Shown: in pieces, positions 25,897-38,937 of the stretch | Layout of the letters: every line of letters starts with the position of its first letter | How positions within the stretch are numbered: position 1 is the stretch's first letter | Origin: Podarcis liolepis | Taxonomy: Eukaryota | DNA: 64,000 nt | Strand: one strand, 5' to 3' | NCBI GenBank assembly: GCA_965112155.1 | Contig: OZ218105.1 | Made by a program: the position numbers and the translations under genes | The notes under the pieces: generated by a model | Database searches by the model: none | What the model saw: only the letters and a program-made list of their open reading frames with translations | What the model was told of the DNA's origin: nothing

Positions 25897-28716
25897 TTAG
25901 TCTGAAAGTCAGTGAAGGGAAATTTTACAGAAAAAGTTGTTTGTGTGTATGTTTGCATTTGTGTCATTATTCAATGCTCACAAAGTTGTTCATTTTACAC
26001 GAAGGAATGTCAAATCTGTTTTAAATATTGTTATAGGATTGGTGGGGACAGGTTGGATGATGTCTGAGTGTCCCAACCAAACCCGTGATTGTGTTTCCAT
26101 AAGATTGTGTGTGAAGAAACAGGTAGATGGCAAACTTTCATGTAATATTGCGGGACAGCAGTCTGTACAGTTTAGAAATCATTTACATTTTGCCTTTTAA
26201 CCTAACCCTCTAGTAGTCAAAATATAGCAATTCAATCAGCCAAATTAAAAAGGCGAATCAAAGAATACAATAAAATATCAAAACAGATAAAATACAATAT
26301 CAGCATGAAAAATGTGAATACATCAAATGGGGGTACAGTGATCCCACAGGGGTAAACAAAAACAAAAAACCCCCAGAGTGCTCAGACACTGTCAGACTAG
26401 ACTAAATTCATAATGTCAGCTTTTAAACAAAATTGAGATGCCTAATATTAAAAACAGGAAAAGGGCCTGCATGAATAACAAAATGGTCTTCACTTGCTGC
26501 CCCAGAGATGTCAGCATAGGTGTCAGGCAGGCCTCTTCAGGCCCTCTCTCTCCTTGTCACCCTTTGTACTTCAGATGGACGGAGCCCTCATAGCAGGGTC
26601 TCCACTAATGATCTTAGGTTAGGGGGGAAGGGAAATTCTTTGGAACATTGCAGTCCCAAGCTATGAAGGACTTCATACACCAAAACCAGCGCTTTGAATT
26701 GGTCCCACTTTTATAGGATTGCACTCCAGTTCTTAAACTTCAACTAAAAAACTGTGAAACAGCTCTAAACGAAAACATGAAATGTGCCAGGTGGGGCTGG
26801 GGAAGATGTAATGAGTATATTGTTTTGACACATTTGTTTTCCTGTTACAAAAGGCATTCATAATTTCCTGTTTGACGTGATCTCAGCATCCAGTAAAAAG
26901 CTGAGGATTTTTCATCCTTCTGACAGGACTCCATTAATAAAACAACAATCTTTTGTGTGTAGTAATCTTTAATCTTATTTTGTCACACACTTCTCAGTAG
27001 CATTTCCCCTCGTTTTACAGTATAATTTATGGCACCGAAACAACTCCCTGCCCTGAAAAAGGTCAGTCTGTCAAGGTTTGCTTGTCTTTGAGGAAAAGTA
27101 ATAGAGCATTATTTATGAAGCAAAAAATACGCTTCAATACTTTAATCAATCAGAAAGATCCTTGGACTATTGTATCTTTTGCACACGCACACACACACAA
27201 ATAAGCAAAGGATACATCAACCTTGCATTCTGTTTTATGTTACAAAGGGTCTTTACCTTTTATGTCTCCTTCACCTTTTGTATTTGCTGCAATATGAAAA
27301 ATAGAAAGCTGATGATGTCTGATATATGGGAGCAATTTGTAAATTATGAGTGCACAGCCAATCTTTTTCAAAGATCACACAGTCTTTGGACAGATTAACT
27401 AGACCTATCGAGAAAGCTCAGCATATTAAATTCAACACTGGGGAGCAGGGTGGGAGTGGGGAGTAGGAAGGGGAAATGAGGAGGACAATGCAACTGAAAC
27501 AACAGCAAATGGAGGAAACTGCAAAAGGCTCAAAGACTATTATCTTAGAAGGTTGCTCACAACATTCAGAAACATTGGGTAGATTTAAGACATGCTCATC
27601 ATGAGCTCAAGATGCTATATGGGGAAACAAATTGCTAGTCAATTAGCAGAAACAATCACACTTAATGGGTAGACAAATCCTACACTTGCATTATGCTAGA
27701 GTTGTAGATAACGGCAGTGGAACATTTGCAAAAGCATAGGAGGGGAGAGGAGGGGGAAACATTCAGCCCAAAAATACAAAAAGAGTGGGGAAATGACAGG
27801 TACTTCTCCCCGCCCCATGTACCTGGAAATACTACTGGTGGCCACCAATGAGGGACTTCTGTGGCATCTCCCACACACTGAGGGAGCCAATCCACACAGA
27901 CCGAGCTGGGCACAAATCTGTCACATTTCCTCCCTGACAACACAGAAGAAACACAGAAAACAATGCAGCAGCCACAGCCGAGATAGTCCTGTGGTGCAGT
28001 TTGTTAAAGCAGCCCAAAGCACATTCTGGAGGTAGCTGGTTTGCATCCTCCAACTGGTAAAACCTTTCTCCCTTCCATAACATTAGACATAAACCTAAGT
28101 AGAAGAAACAAGCAAGGCAGCCACATGCTTGAGAAGCTCTTGCTCAACTCCACACAGAGAAAAACAATTTTTCTTCCCCCACCTTGTCAATGGAAGAACG
28201 ACATACAACCAGAAAGCAGCCACAAGAACATGAATTCTGTGGTGCAGTCTCCTTCAGTATGCTTCAGTTCAGGTCTGTTTGCTCTCTGGTCAAACAATCA
28301 AGGAACTAGCCTTCATATAAAGTTATTTTAATATCTAGCAATTATGACTGATAGCTAGGGAATGAATCTGGATTTTAGTGTTTACCAGATCTTGTTTCCG
28401 GACATCAATTCATTAGTGATCCCTACTAACACTTTCTTTTTTAGTTTCTGGGCATTGTTCAGAGTGCTGGACATCATTCTGAGGTTTCCTGCAATATTCA
28501 CTAGGCATTTTTATTCTCACCGGTTGCGTATGTTCAGCCCATTGGTTGAAGGAAGGTTGTGTTCAGCAAGCGCATGCTCAGTCCTGGTAGCTGCAAGTGG
28601 AATCCCTCGTTCGCCTCCCCCCTCCCATTGCAGCATTCAAAGGAATCCCAGTGTGATGTCATCAAAATTCTCTTTTCTTCAGGTGTTTACAATCAACAGG
28701 CAGATGCACTCATTTA

Positions 28717-28762
28717 TTATTCTTATTCTTATTCTTATTCTTATTCTTATTCTTATTCTTAT
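28717..28762. repeat. (TATTCT)n hexanucleotide repeat at a LINE-like tail
   Basis: Read directly from the sequence. Confidence 0.9.
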
Positions 28763-28859
28763 TATTTGTCACCTAGCCTTCGCCCTAAGATCCCAGGGTG
28801 AGTTACAACATTAAAACATAACATCAAAACAACCTATTGGTAATCCTAAAAGAAAAGGA

Positions 28860-29306
28860 GGTGGGAGGAAAAACTGGAAATTGTGGCAAATTAGAGACAT
28901 TGCAGTTGGGAATAGAGGATAAACTCTGTTCACTGAGCATTTCAATGTGGACCTACCCAATCTGCAGTTCACAAAACAATATGTGAATCAAAATGCAGCT
29001 ATCCTTAGAAATTCTCCAGATTTTGCAATGCACCAAAAATGTCCAAAAAGGTATATATTAAGGGAATGTGTGCATAAAATGCACATTGTAGTAAAATTCA
29101 AAAGATGTATATGATCTGAAAACAGTGAAAACAACATACAAAAATGCATTGTTTTAGGCAAGATTGCTTGCTGAAATTTGTATTTTGGGAGAAATATGCA
29201 CTACAGTGTGGGTGAATTTTCACGAGAACCTTAAAAAAGGGGCAAACTGAAGATGGGAAAAATGAGAAACCGAGAGAAGTCAACATTGACATATCTGTCC
29301 ACCCTT
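28860..29306 (-). repeat. Unclassified interspersed repeat (inverted relative of 48702-49020)
   Basis: Shared ATGCATTTTT/TGCACA-rich units and a similar terminus (GACAGATATGTCAATG vs GGCAAATCTGACAGTT) between the two loci. Confidence 0.55.
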
Positions 29307-30378
29307 CGTTGCAACTGCAAAAATGATTTTATAAGTATTCAAAGTTGTAAGGGGGCTAAGAATGTGGAACAGCAGCAGGATGGGAAATATGCTTAATCTC
29401 CACTAATTTCTTTGCCAAACCAAAATAAATGCCCCACAATTGTGTAAGAACATTTTTCTTGATTTGCTTGTAAGAAAATTTGTTTTATCTAGTGGAATTG
29501 GGTTTTTTTAAAGACACATTCCAGCTGTAATAGGAACTTTGCCTTTCCAGATTTTATATCGCCATGCCAGGTGACTGTGGAAAGGAGGGTTGTTGTTTTT
29601 TTAAGAAAAAAGTCCCTCTCTTTAGTGATAAAGGGGATCTAACAAGAAAGGAGCAGTTGGCTTATACAGTTTCTACTTCTTGCTGCAATCATTGTCTCAG
29701 GGATAGATTCATATCCCGCATCATTTTCTGTTACCTTTATGTTTTTTCTTTCAAGAATGAGAAATGAAAATTTTAATGCCTCATATATTTTGTGAATTAC
29801 TGTAGATGTGTATGCTGTACTGCTTTGATCTTTCCTATATTCTACAGTTTGATTGGATTGTGATGTGAATAGAAAACAGCACAAAACAAATCAGTTTCTG
29901 AAAGAAGGATTGTAACAAGGAGTGCGGTGGTGCTGGCCTCCCGAGAGAAATTGTGCTTCTGAGAGATGTCACTGCAGACGGCCTCCCCTCCCCTCCCTGA
30001 CATGCTCAGGGAAAGAGAGAGAGCCTGGAAAGCTTTCAAGGTGCTGGGTTGCAGCAGTATCTCAGGCAGCACTTTCTGTGTGATCATCCCTCTAGCCCTG
30101 CTCTGCAGAAGAAGCAGAACCTCCCAGGTATCTAGCCGGCCTCAGGAAACCTTCCCTGCAGTGTACTCAGTGGTAATTGTGGGCAATGGGCAGAGAAAGT
30201 GCCAGTTCACCCAAGTACCTTAGTTTTTTTTTTAAAAAAAAATTAACCAGCACCACCAATACCTTCTTCATTTATCATCATGTCCCATTTGGACATGCAC
30301 TCAATGCAACTGAGTAGTGACTGGAGGGGGAGACAGGGACTGTGCCTGATAGCCTTCTTTTCATTTCTGTTGGTCGCG

Positions 30379-30850
30379 TGTCGAGGTCCCCAAGCCTCGG
30401 GGTTCCAAATAAAACACAAATTCACACAGAATTTTTGTTTAAGGTTTTTGGCATAATTTTTTAACCAATTTTTTAACCAATGCCTAACCGCAACCTTACA
30501 AGTTGTGACGATTTGCTATGCAGTAGGCAAAAACCAAATGGCACCAGCCAATCAGCCAAATGGACAAAATTCCTACCAGGCCCCTGCCCCAATGGCAGAC
30601 GACCCCATGACAGGCATAGCAAGGTCAACACACAAGACCTAAAATTAGGGAGGGTGGGCGGGTGATCCGGTGCACGCAGAGAAAGAGGAAGCCCCAAGCT
30701 GCATGCCCTGCATATGAAACCTCTGATCCCTCCCCCAAATTGGCAACATCGAATTTACCCCAGCAACTCAATAGACCAATAACTGCCAAAGATCATCTAT
30801 ACTTTCCTGCCCGGCAACAGAGGGGTAGCCTGGCAGACCCCACCACAACA
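30379..30850 (-). mobile_element. Solo LTR, internally deleted (family A)
   Basis: TGT...CACCACAACA termini. About 200 bp highly similar to 54395-54600 (AACCAATGCCTA.CCGCAACCTTACAAGTTGTGACGATTTGCTA). Flanks CGCG / CGTG. Confidence 0.75.
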
Positions 30851-31019
30851 CGTGCTCTCTTTGAATGAGAACACGCTCTCTCCTGCCAACATCTGTAGAG
30901 GCGAGTTTGCTGTATCTGAGTAGGCTCCCATTGCAATGGGGAAGCCTGATCTGCCTGCAACAGGCTTTCCTCTGCAAGGATTTATCTTCAATGCGTGGAC
31001 AGCAGAGTTGGTGGGAAAT

Positions 31020-31639
31020 GTAGGAAGCTGCCTTGTTCTGGCTGAGACCATTGGTCAATCTAGCTGAGTAATTGTCTACACTGACCAGAAGCAGATCTCC
31101 AGGGTTTCTTGGCAGAAATGACTGCCAGAATCCGAGACCAGGGAGAAGAGTTGGTGAAAGAAGATTGGAAGAAATTTAAAGACTATTTACAGAAATATTG
31201 TAAAATTAATGAATGTTAGAAGGATGTTGGATAGAAACTAAGGGGTTTCCAGCTGTAATGCTTTAGGAGATACGAAAAAAAGGTTTACAAATGGGCAAAA
31301 GCTTAATGGTAAGGATTTGCTGAACTAACAAATTGAAGTGGAATACAAAGAAGGGAGGTATGAGGAGGTCTGGGGAAATAAGTGTAAGGAAGATATGTTA
31401 TGGAAAATTATCTGTTTTTTAACTGTTTTTATGTTGTATTTTGTATTTTGTTTCTTTTTATTTTTTATTTTCATTGTTATATTTTAAAAACTTTAATAAA
31501 TAGCTTTTGAAAAAACAACAACAGATCTCCAGGGTTTCAGGCAGCGAGGTTCTCCCAGCCCCACCTGGAAATGCCAGGATTGAAGCTGGGACCTTCTGCA
31601 TGCAATGCAGATGCTGCAATACTGAGCCATGGCCCTTCA
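31020..31639 (-). mobile_element. tRNA-Ala-like SINE (possibly Squam2-type) split by an L1 insertion
   Basis: Minus-strand head GAAGGGCCATGGCTCAGT...TTGCATGCAGAAGGTCCCAG; tail GGCAGCTTCCTAC. Confidence 0.75.
31109..31521 (+). mobile_element. 5'-truncated L1-clade LINE 3' end
   Basis: ORF2 C-terminus AEMTARIRDQGEELVKEDWKKFKDYLQKYCKINEC*, T-rich 3'UTR, AATAAA and an A-rich tail. Perfect 17-bp TSD CAGATCTCCAGGGTTTC (31092-31108, 31522-31538). Confidence 0.88.
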
Positions 31640-31835
31640 CTATAACACAACAGGGGGGAGTGAAGCCAGTTGGTGCAGCTCCACTCTCCCTTCCTCATGG
31701 CTGTTAATGTAAATCATGTGGATTGTTGATCATTGGAGTGGACATCCAAATAAGACTTCGTTCTCAAAAAATTAAGTAAGTGGGATTGCAGCATGATGTC
31801 TTCCCCTGGTGTTTTCTTTTTTTAACGCTTAACCT

Positions 31836-31952
31836 GAGGCCCTCCAGATGTTGCTGGAGAACTTCCATCATCCCTACCTTTTGGCCATGCTGCTGGAGCT
31901 GAGGAGATTTGCAGTCTCACAACATCTGGAGGGCTATAGGCTTCCCACTCCT
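31836..31952. mobile_element. Palindromic hAT MITE, diverged copy
   Basis: GGCCCTCCAGATGTTG...CAACATCTGGAGGGC inverted pair. Confidence 0.7.
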
Positions 31953-32559
31953 CCTTTAAGTTGTCCGAATAGTGGACATTTAAAGGAACATCACCTTCAA
32001 CATATCATTTCTCACCCCTTAACTTCTTCAGTATATCCTTTCCCATTCCTTAATCTCTCCAAGATAGGCCTTATTGTTGATGCCATTTCCTCTGAAGAGT
32101 CACAGCCGACCAGGCAGAGGGATTTATCTCTTCTTATAGCCACTGTTTGGAACACCCTCCCAAGTAAGGTCCCACTAGATTCCATGTCACTCTCTGTGCT
32201 TATAGGGCAGCCTTTGCCCTTCAATTTTAGGGAGACTTTTGAGTTCTAGTTGTTTAGTGCAGAGACCAACATGCTGTCCTAGAAATGATGCCAACAACAG
32301 CTTCCTTCTGTTGCAGCCAGCATGCTTAATAGTCAAGTTTTAATCCAAAATATCTGGATGGTACTACATCCAAGTTTAATGGAACTGATCCCCCCACCCG
32401 CACCCCTTGCTCATCCCTAGGAGCTATTTTTTGTTGTATTTTGCTTATGTTTTGTAATTTATTTCATGTGTTTTATCTTGTAAGATGTTTGGGGATTTTG
32501 GCTGGGAAACAAATGAATGAATTGCAAAATGAATAATAAATGAATTATATGAACGCTTT

Positions 32560-32800
32560 TGAGTGATGATTTATTGTCACAATTCCAATGGGAATCTGGT
32601 AATATAATAGCTGGTAGTATCCAAATGAATATTGGTAATAGCTAAAAATGGGAAAATGTAAAAATATTGATTGGGAAGGCTGGGTAAGGAAAATCTGGCA
32701 AACAGCACAATTATCTAAATTAACTGAAAGAAGTTTTTTAAAAAAACCAAGATTTGTGAAACTGTGCTGTCCATTTATTGGAGGGACAAGGAAACAGGAA
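32560..32800 (+). mobile_element. Old L1-clade ORF2 C-terminal fragment
   Basis: IDWEGWVRKIWQTAQLSKLT...F..L..PF resembles the C-terminus of non-mammalian L1 ORF2, as in the 31109 copy. Confidence 0.5.
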
Positions 32801-35143
32801 GCTGGGGAGGGAGTTTTGAAAAAAATACAAGTAATGGGAAAATGAAATATTGCTTAAAATGTTTTAGGTAGACCTGTCATCTGATTAGAGTCCCCTCTCC
32901 CCAGTTTTACACTGAATAGTTAATCATATTATTTAAATATTTATCATTCACAAACATCAACTTTAATGGCTAGAGTTGCCTAGAGCATGGAAGGAAAAGG
33001 AAGAGATAAAAATAACTACATGATGGACAACACCATCTTACTTATCATATTCCCTGGGAGAACAACATGTAAAAGGAAAAACGTTTCTATGTTTTGCTTC
33101 AGATTTATACAAGTATATGTAGCTTTTTTGTGTCATGTTGCTCTTACTCTTATTACTATTATTTGTATCTCGTCTTTCAGGAAACAACTCCTTCCAAGGC
33201 AGCTTACAAATGCTAAAGCTAATATCGCAATAGGTTAGGCAAGGTTGTGGGCTCTTTATGTCTTCATAAATTGTGCCCTTAACCATGAGGCAAAGCCGGA
33301 GGGGAGAGATCTGAGGGTTTGACTGTGGATATTTGTGTATGCTGTCAGTTACAATCCAGAAAAAAATATGTATCCTGCTTGTTAAAATTTTGAGGAAGAG
33401 GTGTTTTGTGAAAGTGCCATAAACGTTTTGCCCTCTGTCATCTTTTTGTAACTTCAGCCATTTATTTACTTTTCTGAGGGGGCTGAGTTAAAGTTAGATC
33501 TATTGGGATTCATCTGAGCTCTGAAAAGCATACGGAGCTGAAAGAGTAAGTTGGAAAGAACATTACTCTTCCAACTTCCTCCTTCAGTTCTACTTCCTCT
33601 TTAAGGAAGAAGAATTGTAACCACACATGGCCACGGGGCAGTGAGATGGGACCTCAATGTGCTTCATGCATACCAGAGAAAGATTCAAGGGCACCATCTC
33701 ACTCACAGGCACCGTGTTGGCAATCTATGCTTGGGGTCTTGTTCTTGCTCATTTAAGACCACTGGCTTTGATCCTAAGATTAGCTAATTTAAGGAAGCTC
33801 ACAGAAGAAAACTTTCCCTTTTCCTTTTCCTTCCCCACAAATAGTCACCTACAAACCCTGGAAAGCCTCTTGTGGGGTTGAGAAGCCCTTCTGAACAGGA
33901 TGAGGAGTAGAAGACTGATGATGGATGGGAGAAACAGCAAAAATCAGCTGAGGTCTTCTCTTCCCAGTTTTGAATGGTCATTCCCCTTCTGTGAAATTCC
34001 TCAAGTTAATTAGTTTTAGAATCAAATATAATCTGTTTGGGGGAAATATTGCACTTAGCATTCAGCCTGCCTGGGCTGGTTACACTTACACTGTTAACAA
34101 GCTTGCTAGAGCTACATAGATTTGTTACCACATTTGTGCACATAATCTTCAGCTAATGTCACTATAAGAACCTGTTTGCACACATGTCAATTATTTCCAA
34201 ATTAGTCATCACAGACAAATTATTGCCGGGAGTGGGGAAGATGTTAGTGTCATGTGTTGCCCCTCAAAGCACAGTTCTTTTTGATGGAGGCTAGTCAATC
34301 AGCTAAGAGCCATCAAATGTTGAACATGCATGTGCGAATTAGCCTTAAGTTAATGCTAGGTCGTGCACAATTCAGGCTGTGTGGTTTGTTAAATATACTG
34401 GCCCATGAGTCATTTACTGCCTACTAACCTACTGCTCAGATTTACCCAGGGAGATGACATTCCTGGAAACCTGTGTGTATTGTTAATAAACTGGTTCTCT
34501 TTTTATCAGGCTGCCAGTGCTGAGATAGGAATGTGAATGTTCAAGGAATGAATTACACCTCAAGTATGCTGTCAGCCTTCTCTTCATCCCTGCAGAATTT
34601 TGTTGCACCGTCGCTACAGTGTAAACCTCCCCCCACTCTTTTTTGTATTTTCTGCAGCAGTCATTCTGAAACTGTTCGTTTCGTTTTCTGTTGTCTGAAG
34701 CAGCAAAACTGGTGCTTGGCTTTTGCTTTGTACCATTCCCTAGCATATTTTGTTTTTAATTAAACAATTTCAGGTTAGACTCTCATCAAAAGGCCTTGTT
34801 TCATTTTTATTTTTTAATGCTGATGTACATAAGCTGCCTTTTAGCTGAACTGCTAACAACTCTGCCTTTCGAATTTAGGAAGACACTTTTGATTTTGTAT
34901 AGAAAATCAAACAGAGCAACTTTGATTAAAAATATCTCTCCCCCCCCCAGTCCACTGCCAGTACAGAATGTTGAACCCTGCTTGTCAGCACATCTCTAGG
35001 TTTTCCTCCATCTAATAAGCTAGCTAGGCCTGTGCTGCAAAAGAACATTATAATATTAACAATGCTGCTGGAAAGCTCTCTGCTTTAGAATGAATTAACT
35101 TTCACTGCAGTGCAGAAAAACACCAAGTAAAATTGGCTCAACT

Positions 35144-35245
35144 CTGAATAGTAAGTTTAACCCCTTAGATGCAGCACCAGCTCATAGAAAAAACCTGAAT
35201 ACTAAGTTTAACCCCTTAGATGCAACACAAGCTCATGAAAAAAAT
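35144..35245. repeat. Tandem duplication, 2 x 51 bp
   Basis: CTGAATA(G/C)TAAGTTTAACCCCTTAGATGCA(G/A)CAC(C/A)AGCTCAT at 35144 and 35195. Confidence 0.9.
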
Positions 35246-35561
35246 CTGGGAGAGAGAGGAGATCCCAGCAGATGTTAGGGATGCCAAAATTATCAACCTT
35301 TTAAAGAAAGGGGATAGAACAGATTGCAGAAACTACTGAGGCATCTCTTTATTAGCTGCAGCCACCAAAATTCTTGCAAGGATCTTAGCAAGCCATCTTC
35401 TAACTATATCTGAGGCTACCCTTCCTCAATTCCAAAATGGTTTTTGACCTTCTAGGGGGACAGTGGACATGATTTTCACTGCTTGACAGCTTCAAGAAAA
35501 AGGCAGAGAGCAAAACCAACCCCTGTATATGGTGTTAATTGACCTGACTAAGGCCTTCAAC
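35226..35561 (+). mobile_element. RTE-clade LINE reverse-transcriptase fragment
   Basis: Single frame with three TGA stops: IWEREEIPADVRDAKIINLLKKGDRTDCRNY*GISLL...QNGF*PSRGTVDMIFTA*QLQEKGREQNQPLYMVLIDLTKAFN. Confidence 0.9.
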
Positions 35562-36104
35562 TTCACCATGATCAACTCCTGCACAGAAACCTTTGTCCCC
35601 ACTGTGGAAGGAAGTGTGGGTCCAGAATTGGCCTCCACAGTCACCTACAGACACACTATTAAGACTGTATGCATGGAAGACAATCTTGCTTGGCTATGAG
35701 TGATCGCCGAAGAGAGAGTTCAGCAGTTCTCAATAGTTCTCGTCAAGCAGCTATTTAAATGTACGGAAATCATGGAATAAGCTCAGTCACAATTTAAAAC
35801 ATTCTGAGCTTTGCGTTAGAAACGTGAGCAGTTTGAAAAGCTGCACAGATACATTGATGCCTTCCTAAAGGATTTTCTGGATCCGCTATTGATTCAGTCT
35901 TTCCTCTTGAATCTTTTCCTATGAAACTCTTATTTTGAAATGGAATAGCCACACAGACTTTTTGGTGAATACGCTTTTGATCCCTACCCCCAAAGATAAA
36001 CTTCAGAAATATCTACCTCTTCAGCATTGCAGTTTTGAAGGCTATAAGCTAGAGATGGATTTAAAGGCACCAACCAGTAAATGCTAGTTACTGGGCCTCA
36101 GTTA

Positions 36105-36565
36105 TTTGGTTACACTGCTTTCTGTGGGAGCAAATTTCATAGTTTAACCAATGTCATGAGGGAGGAAGTCCTTTCTTCTGTCTGTCCAGAATCTTCCAAC
36201 ATTCTCCTTCATTGGATGTCCATGAGTTATAGGGTCATGAGACTGGGGTGGGGATTTTCTCTACCCACTTTCACCATGCCAAGCATAATTTTATCAATTT
36301 CCATTGTGTTACCTCTTACTTTTTACCTAAGCTAAAAAGTTGCAAATGCTGCCACCTGTCTGCCTGGGGGAGTCGCTCCAACCCCTTCATCCTTTTGGTT
36401 GCCCTTTTCTGAATCTTTTCCAAGTCTACAATATCCTTTTTGAAGTGAAGTGACCAGAACAGGACACAGTATTCCAAAGGTGCTTGTATGATAGATTTGT
36501 ATAATAGACATTATGATATTAGCGGTTTTATTTCCTATTCGTTTCCTAACAACCCCTAGCATGGT
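36105..36565 (-). mobile_element. CR1 LINE ORF2 3' fragment
   Basis: Minus-strand MLGVVRKRIGNKTANIIM... followed by frameshifted LEYCVLFWSLHFKKDIVDLEKIQKRATKRMKGLE-type motif. Confidence 0.85.
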
Positions 36566-36799
36566 TTGATTGAGAGATGGTGACTGGCCAGTTAACATTA
36601 AAAAAACCAATGACCAATAGCCACGGTGGAGTTGTTTTATTTTTCTTGCCTCCTATCATCGTAAGTTGTTCAGCCCCCTCAGCAAGCTTTCCACGTTGCA
36701 GGGGTTTGGACTATATGACTCTTTGGGTCCCTTCCAGCTCTGTAAGTCTATGATTCTATAATTCGATAAGCTCATGTACTGTACACAATGATTAATTCA

Positions 36800-36816
36800 A
36801 CAACAGCAGCAGCAGC

Positions 36817-36851
<35 letters not shown>

Positions 36852-36865
36852 ATAATAATAATAAT
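36800..36865. repeat. (CAG)/(CAA)/(AAT) compound microsatellite forming an L2 tail
   Basis: Read directly from the sequence. Confidence 0.9.
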
Positions 36866-37123
36866 GGGTTTCGCCAGCCACTCTGGGCAGCTCCCAACAG
36901 AATATTAATAATAAAAAAGCGACAACATCAAACATTAAAAACTTCCCTAAACAGGGCTGCCTTCAAATGTCTTCTAAAAGTCAGATAGTTGTTTATTTCC
37001 TTGACATCTGGTGGGAGGGCGTTCCACACGGCAGGCACCACTACAGAGAAGGCCCTCTGCCTGGTTCCCTGTAGCTTCACTTCTTGCAATGAGGGAACCG
37101 CCAGAAGGCCCTCAGAGCTGGAC
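36851..37123 (-). mobile_element. L2 LINE 3' end
   Basis: ORF 36928-37236(-) RQRAFSVVVPAVWNALPPDVKEINNYLTFRRHLKAALFREVF is the canonical L2 ORF2 terminus. Confidence 0.9.
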
Positions 37124-38937
37124 ATTTCTACCCCAACCTTCACCGTGAATAAACCCAGCATGGAGTACAGCAAGATACAAATATACAGTAGTTCCTTATA
37201 ACAAATTAAAACACAGTAAGATCTCAAAACCGTCAACTAGCTATTGCAAAGCCAAACCACTAAAAAATATTATTTCAGGATATCAGGACTGTCTACTGTG
37301 CTATATTATCCAAGCATCTCAGATACATATAAGCTCAAAAACTCTTCAGTTTAATATCTCCTCAAGTTTGTTAGACTTTTTTAACCATTCCAAATCCCTA
37401 TCTCCTCCATTTTTCAAATTCACTCCCATTGTCAGGGTAATCAGGAGAAGGTGCTTTGTCTACTTTTTAAGCTACATTTCCCTGCTCTTCTATCTAAACT
37501 GTGCTCTCTATATATCAAATGCTCGAGGAGGAAAACACGTCTCCTAAAGTGCTTCTTTCCACTTGATCTATGCTTTGTTGTTAAATTTTATTAACTCAAG
37601 TCAATTAAATCAGAAAAGAGTGAAGTGGATACACAAGGTATAGACATGACTGAAAAACGCACTGCATATAGCAAGTTAAATGGTTGCAAAAGAAACTCTG
37701 CTTTAGTAATGAATAAACAAATAGAAGAAAAGTAATTCTTTTCCTCACGGGCATTGTTAGCAGGTTGTCTAGGGACCAAGCCAAGACCTTTTGCATCAAG
37801 CCTGGGACCTTCTGCCCTTTCCTCCCCCTTCCCCCTCTTAAACGTAATAGCGTTTTCTTTTGCTTAAAGTGAAATTTTCACTCTGAATGTTGCCCTAAAT
37901 GTTCATTATACGTATAAATTAGCACATGCAAGTTTTGTGGAATTTTGTGTCATGGGCCTATGTCCTGGGTCTTTTAAGGGCTGAACAATGCCTCTGCTTT
38001 CTCCCATGCATCTCAGTCTTTTTACCATGGTACGCACAATCTGAGGATCTAACTGCTGAGGTCTCTCTGATCCATTTTTGCACTTGCAGTGTTTACAGGT
38101 GGAGTTCATAGCCACACCGTGAAGCAAATACAAAGGGGGAAATTAGTGAGACACTCTTAATGTGCTAATTTGCTTATTCATTTATGGCCTGGGAGTTCTG
38201 CTGTATAAACCCACTGAAATGAACGCCTCCCAACAGAGCTTGCTCAGGAGACCTTCCACAAGGATTATGCTTCTGTGGTCTCTCTTTATGTATTCTTTTC
38301 CTTATTAATAAGCGCTCAATCTTCGCAAGCTTCAAAATTCAGAAATCATCACAACATTAAAGGTTGATAAAAGTTTAAACAGAAATTAAATTGCATTTGG
38401 GTAATATCTCAGTAAAACAGCTTAATCAACTCAACACCCCCCCCCCCGGAAAAGGACATTGTAGAGCCTTCTTAAAATATACATCTTCCACATAGCTGAA
38501 GCCACATCTCAGAAAGCCCTGACTGTACTATTTGCTGAGGTAACACCTGCTGAGCTTTAAATGTGGTCTCATCTTCTCGGGTTGATACTGGGGGAGAGAC
38601 TTCAGGAACATTGTTGAACTCAAGCTATGTATGAGTTGGAGTTCTAGATCAGTATTTACCAACCTGGTGTCATCTAGATGTTTTCGACAACATTTTCTAT
38701 CAACTGCAGTCAGCATGGCTGCTTGGATAATATGGGAATCAAATGATTTAATTAGAAATCTACCTCAGTTTTGTCTACAGCTGATAAAATTTGGTGGTTT
38801 GATCAAAGTTTCTTCTCCACCTATTCAAGTAAATCATGCCATCTGACAATATACCAATGAAAGGAATGTGATTTCAACTCAGGCTTGGTTTATAATGTAA
38901 AATGTTTCTTGCCCTTGCATTTTTCTCAGTATAGAGT

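Noticed and set aside
28362-28814. 150-aa ORF with ILILIL run
   Set aside because: The run is a translated (TATTCT)n microsatellite, and I recognise no homology.
35144-35245. CRISPR-like or other prokaryotic repeat array
   Set aside because: Two adjacent units with no spacers in vertebrate DNA; a simple tandem duplication.
35670-36080. CpG-containing stretch with protein-like peptides (possible viral or gene fossil)
   Set aside because: The frames I read have several stops and no recognisable motif. It cannot be supported without a tblastx search.
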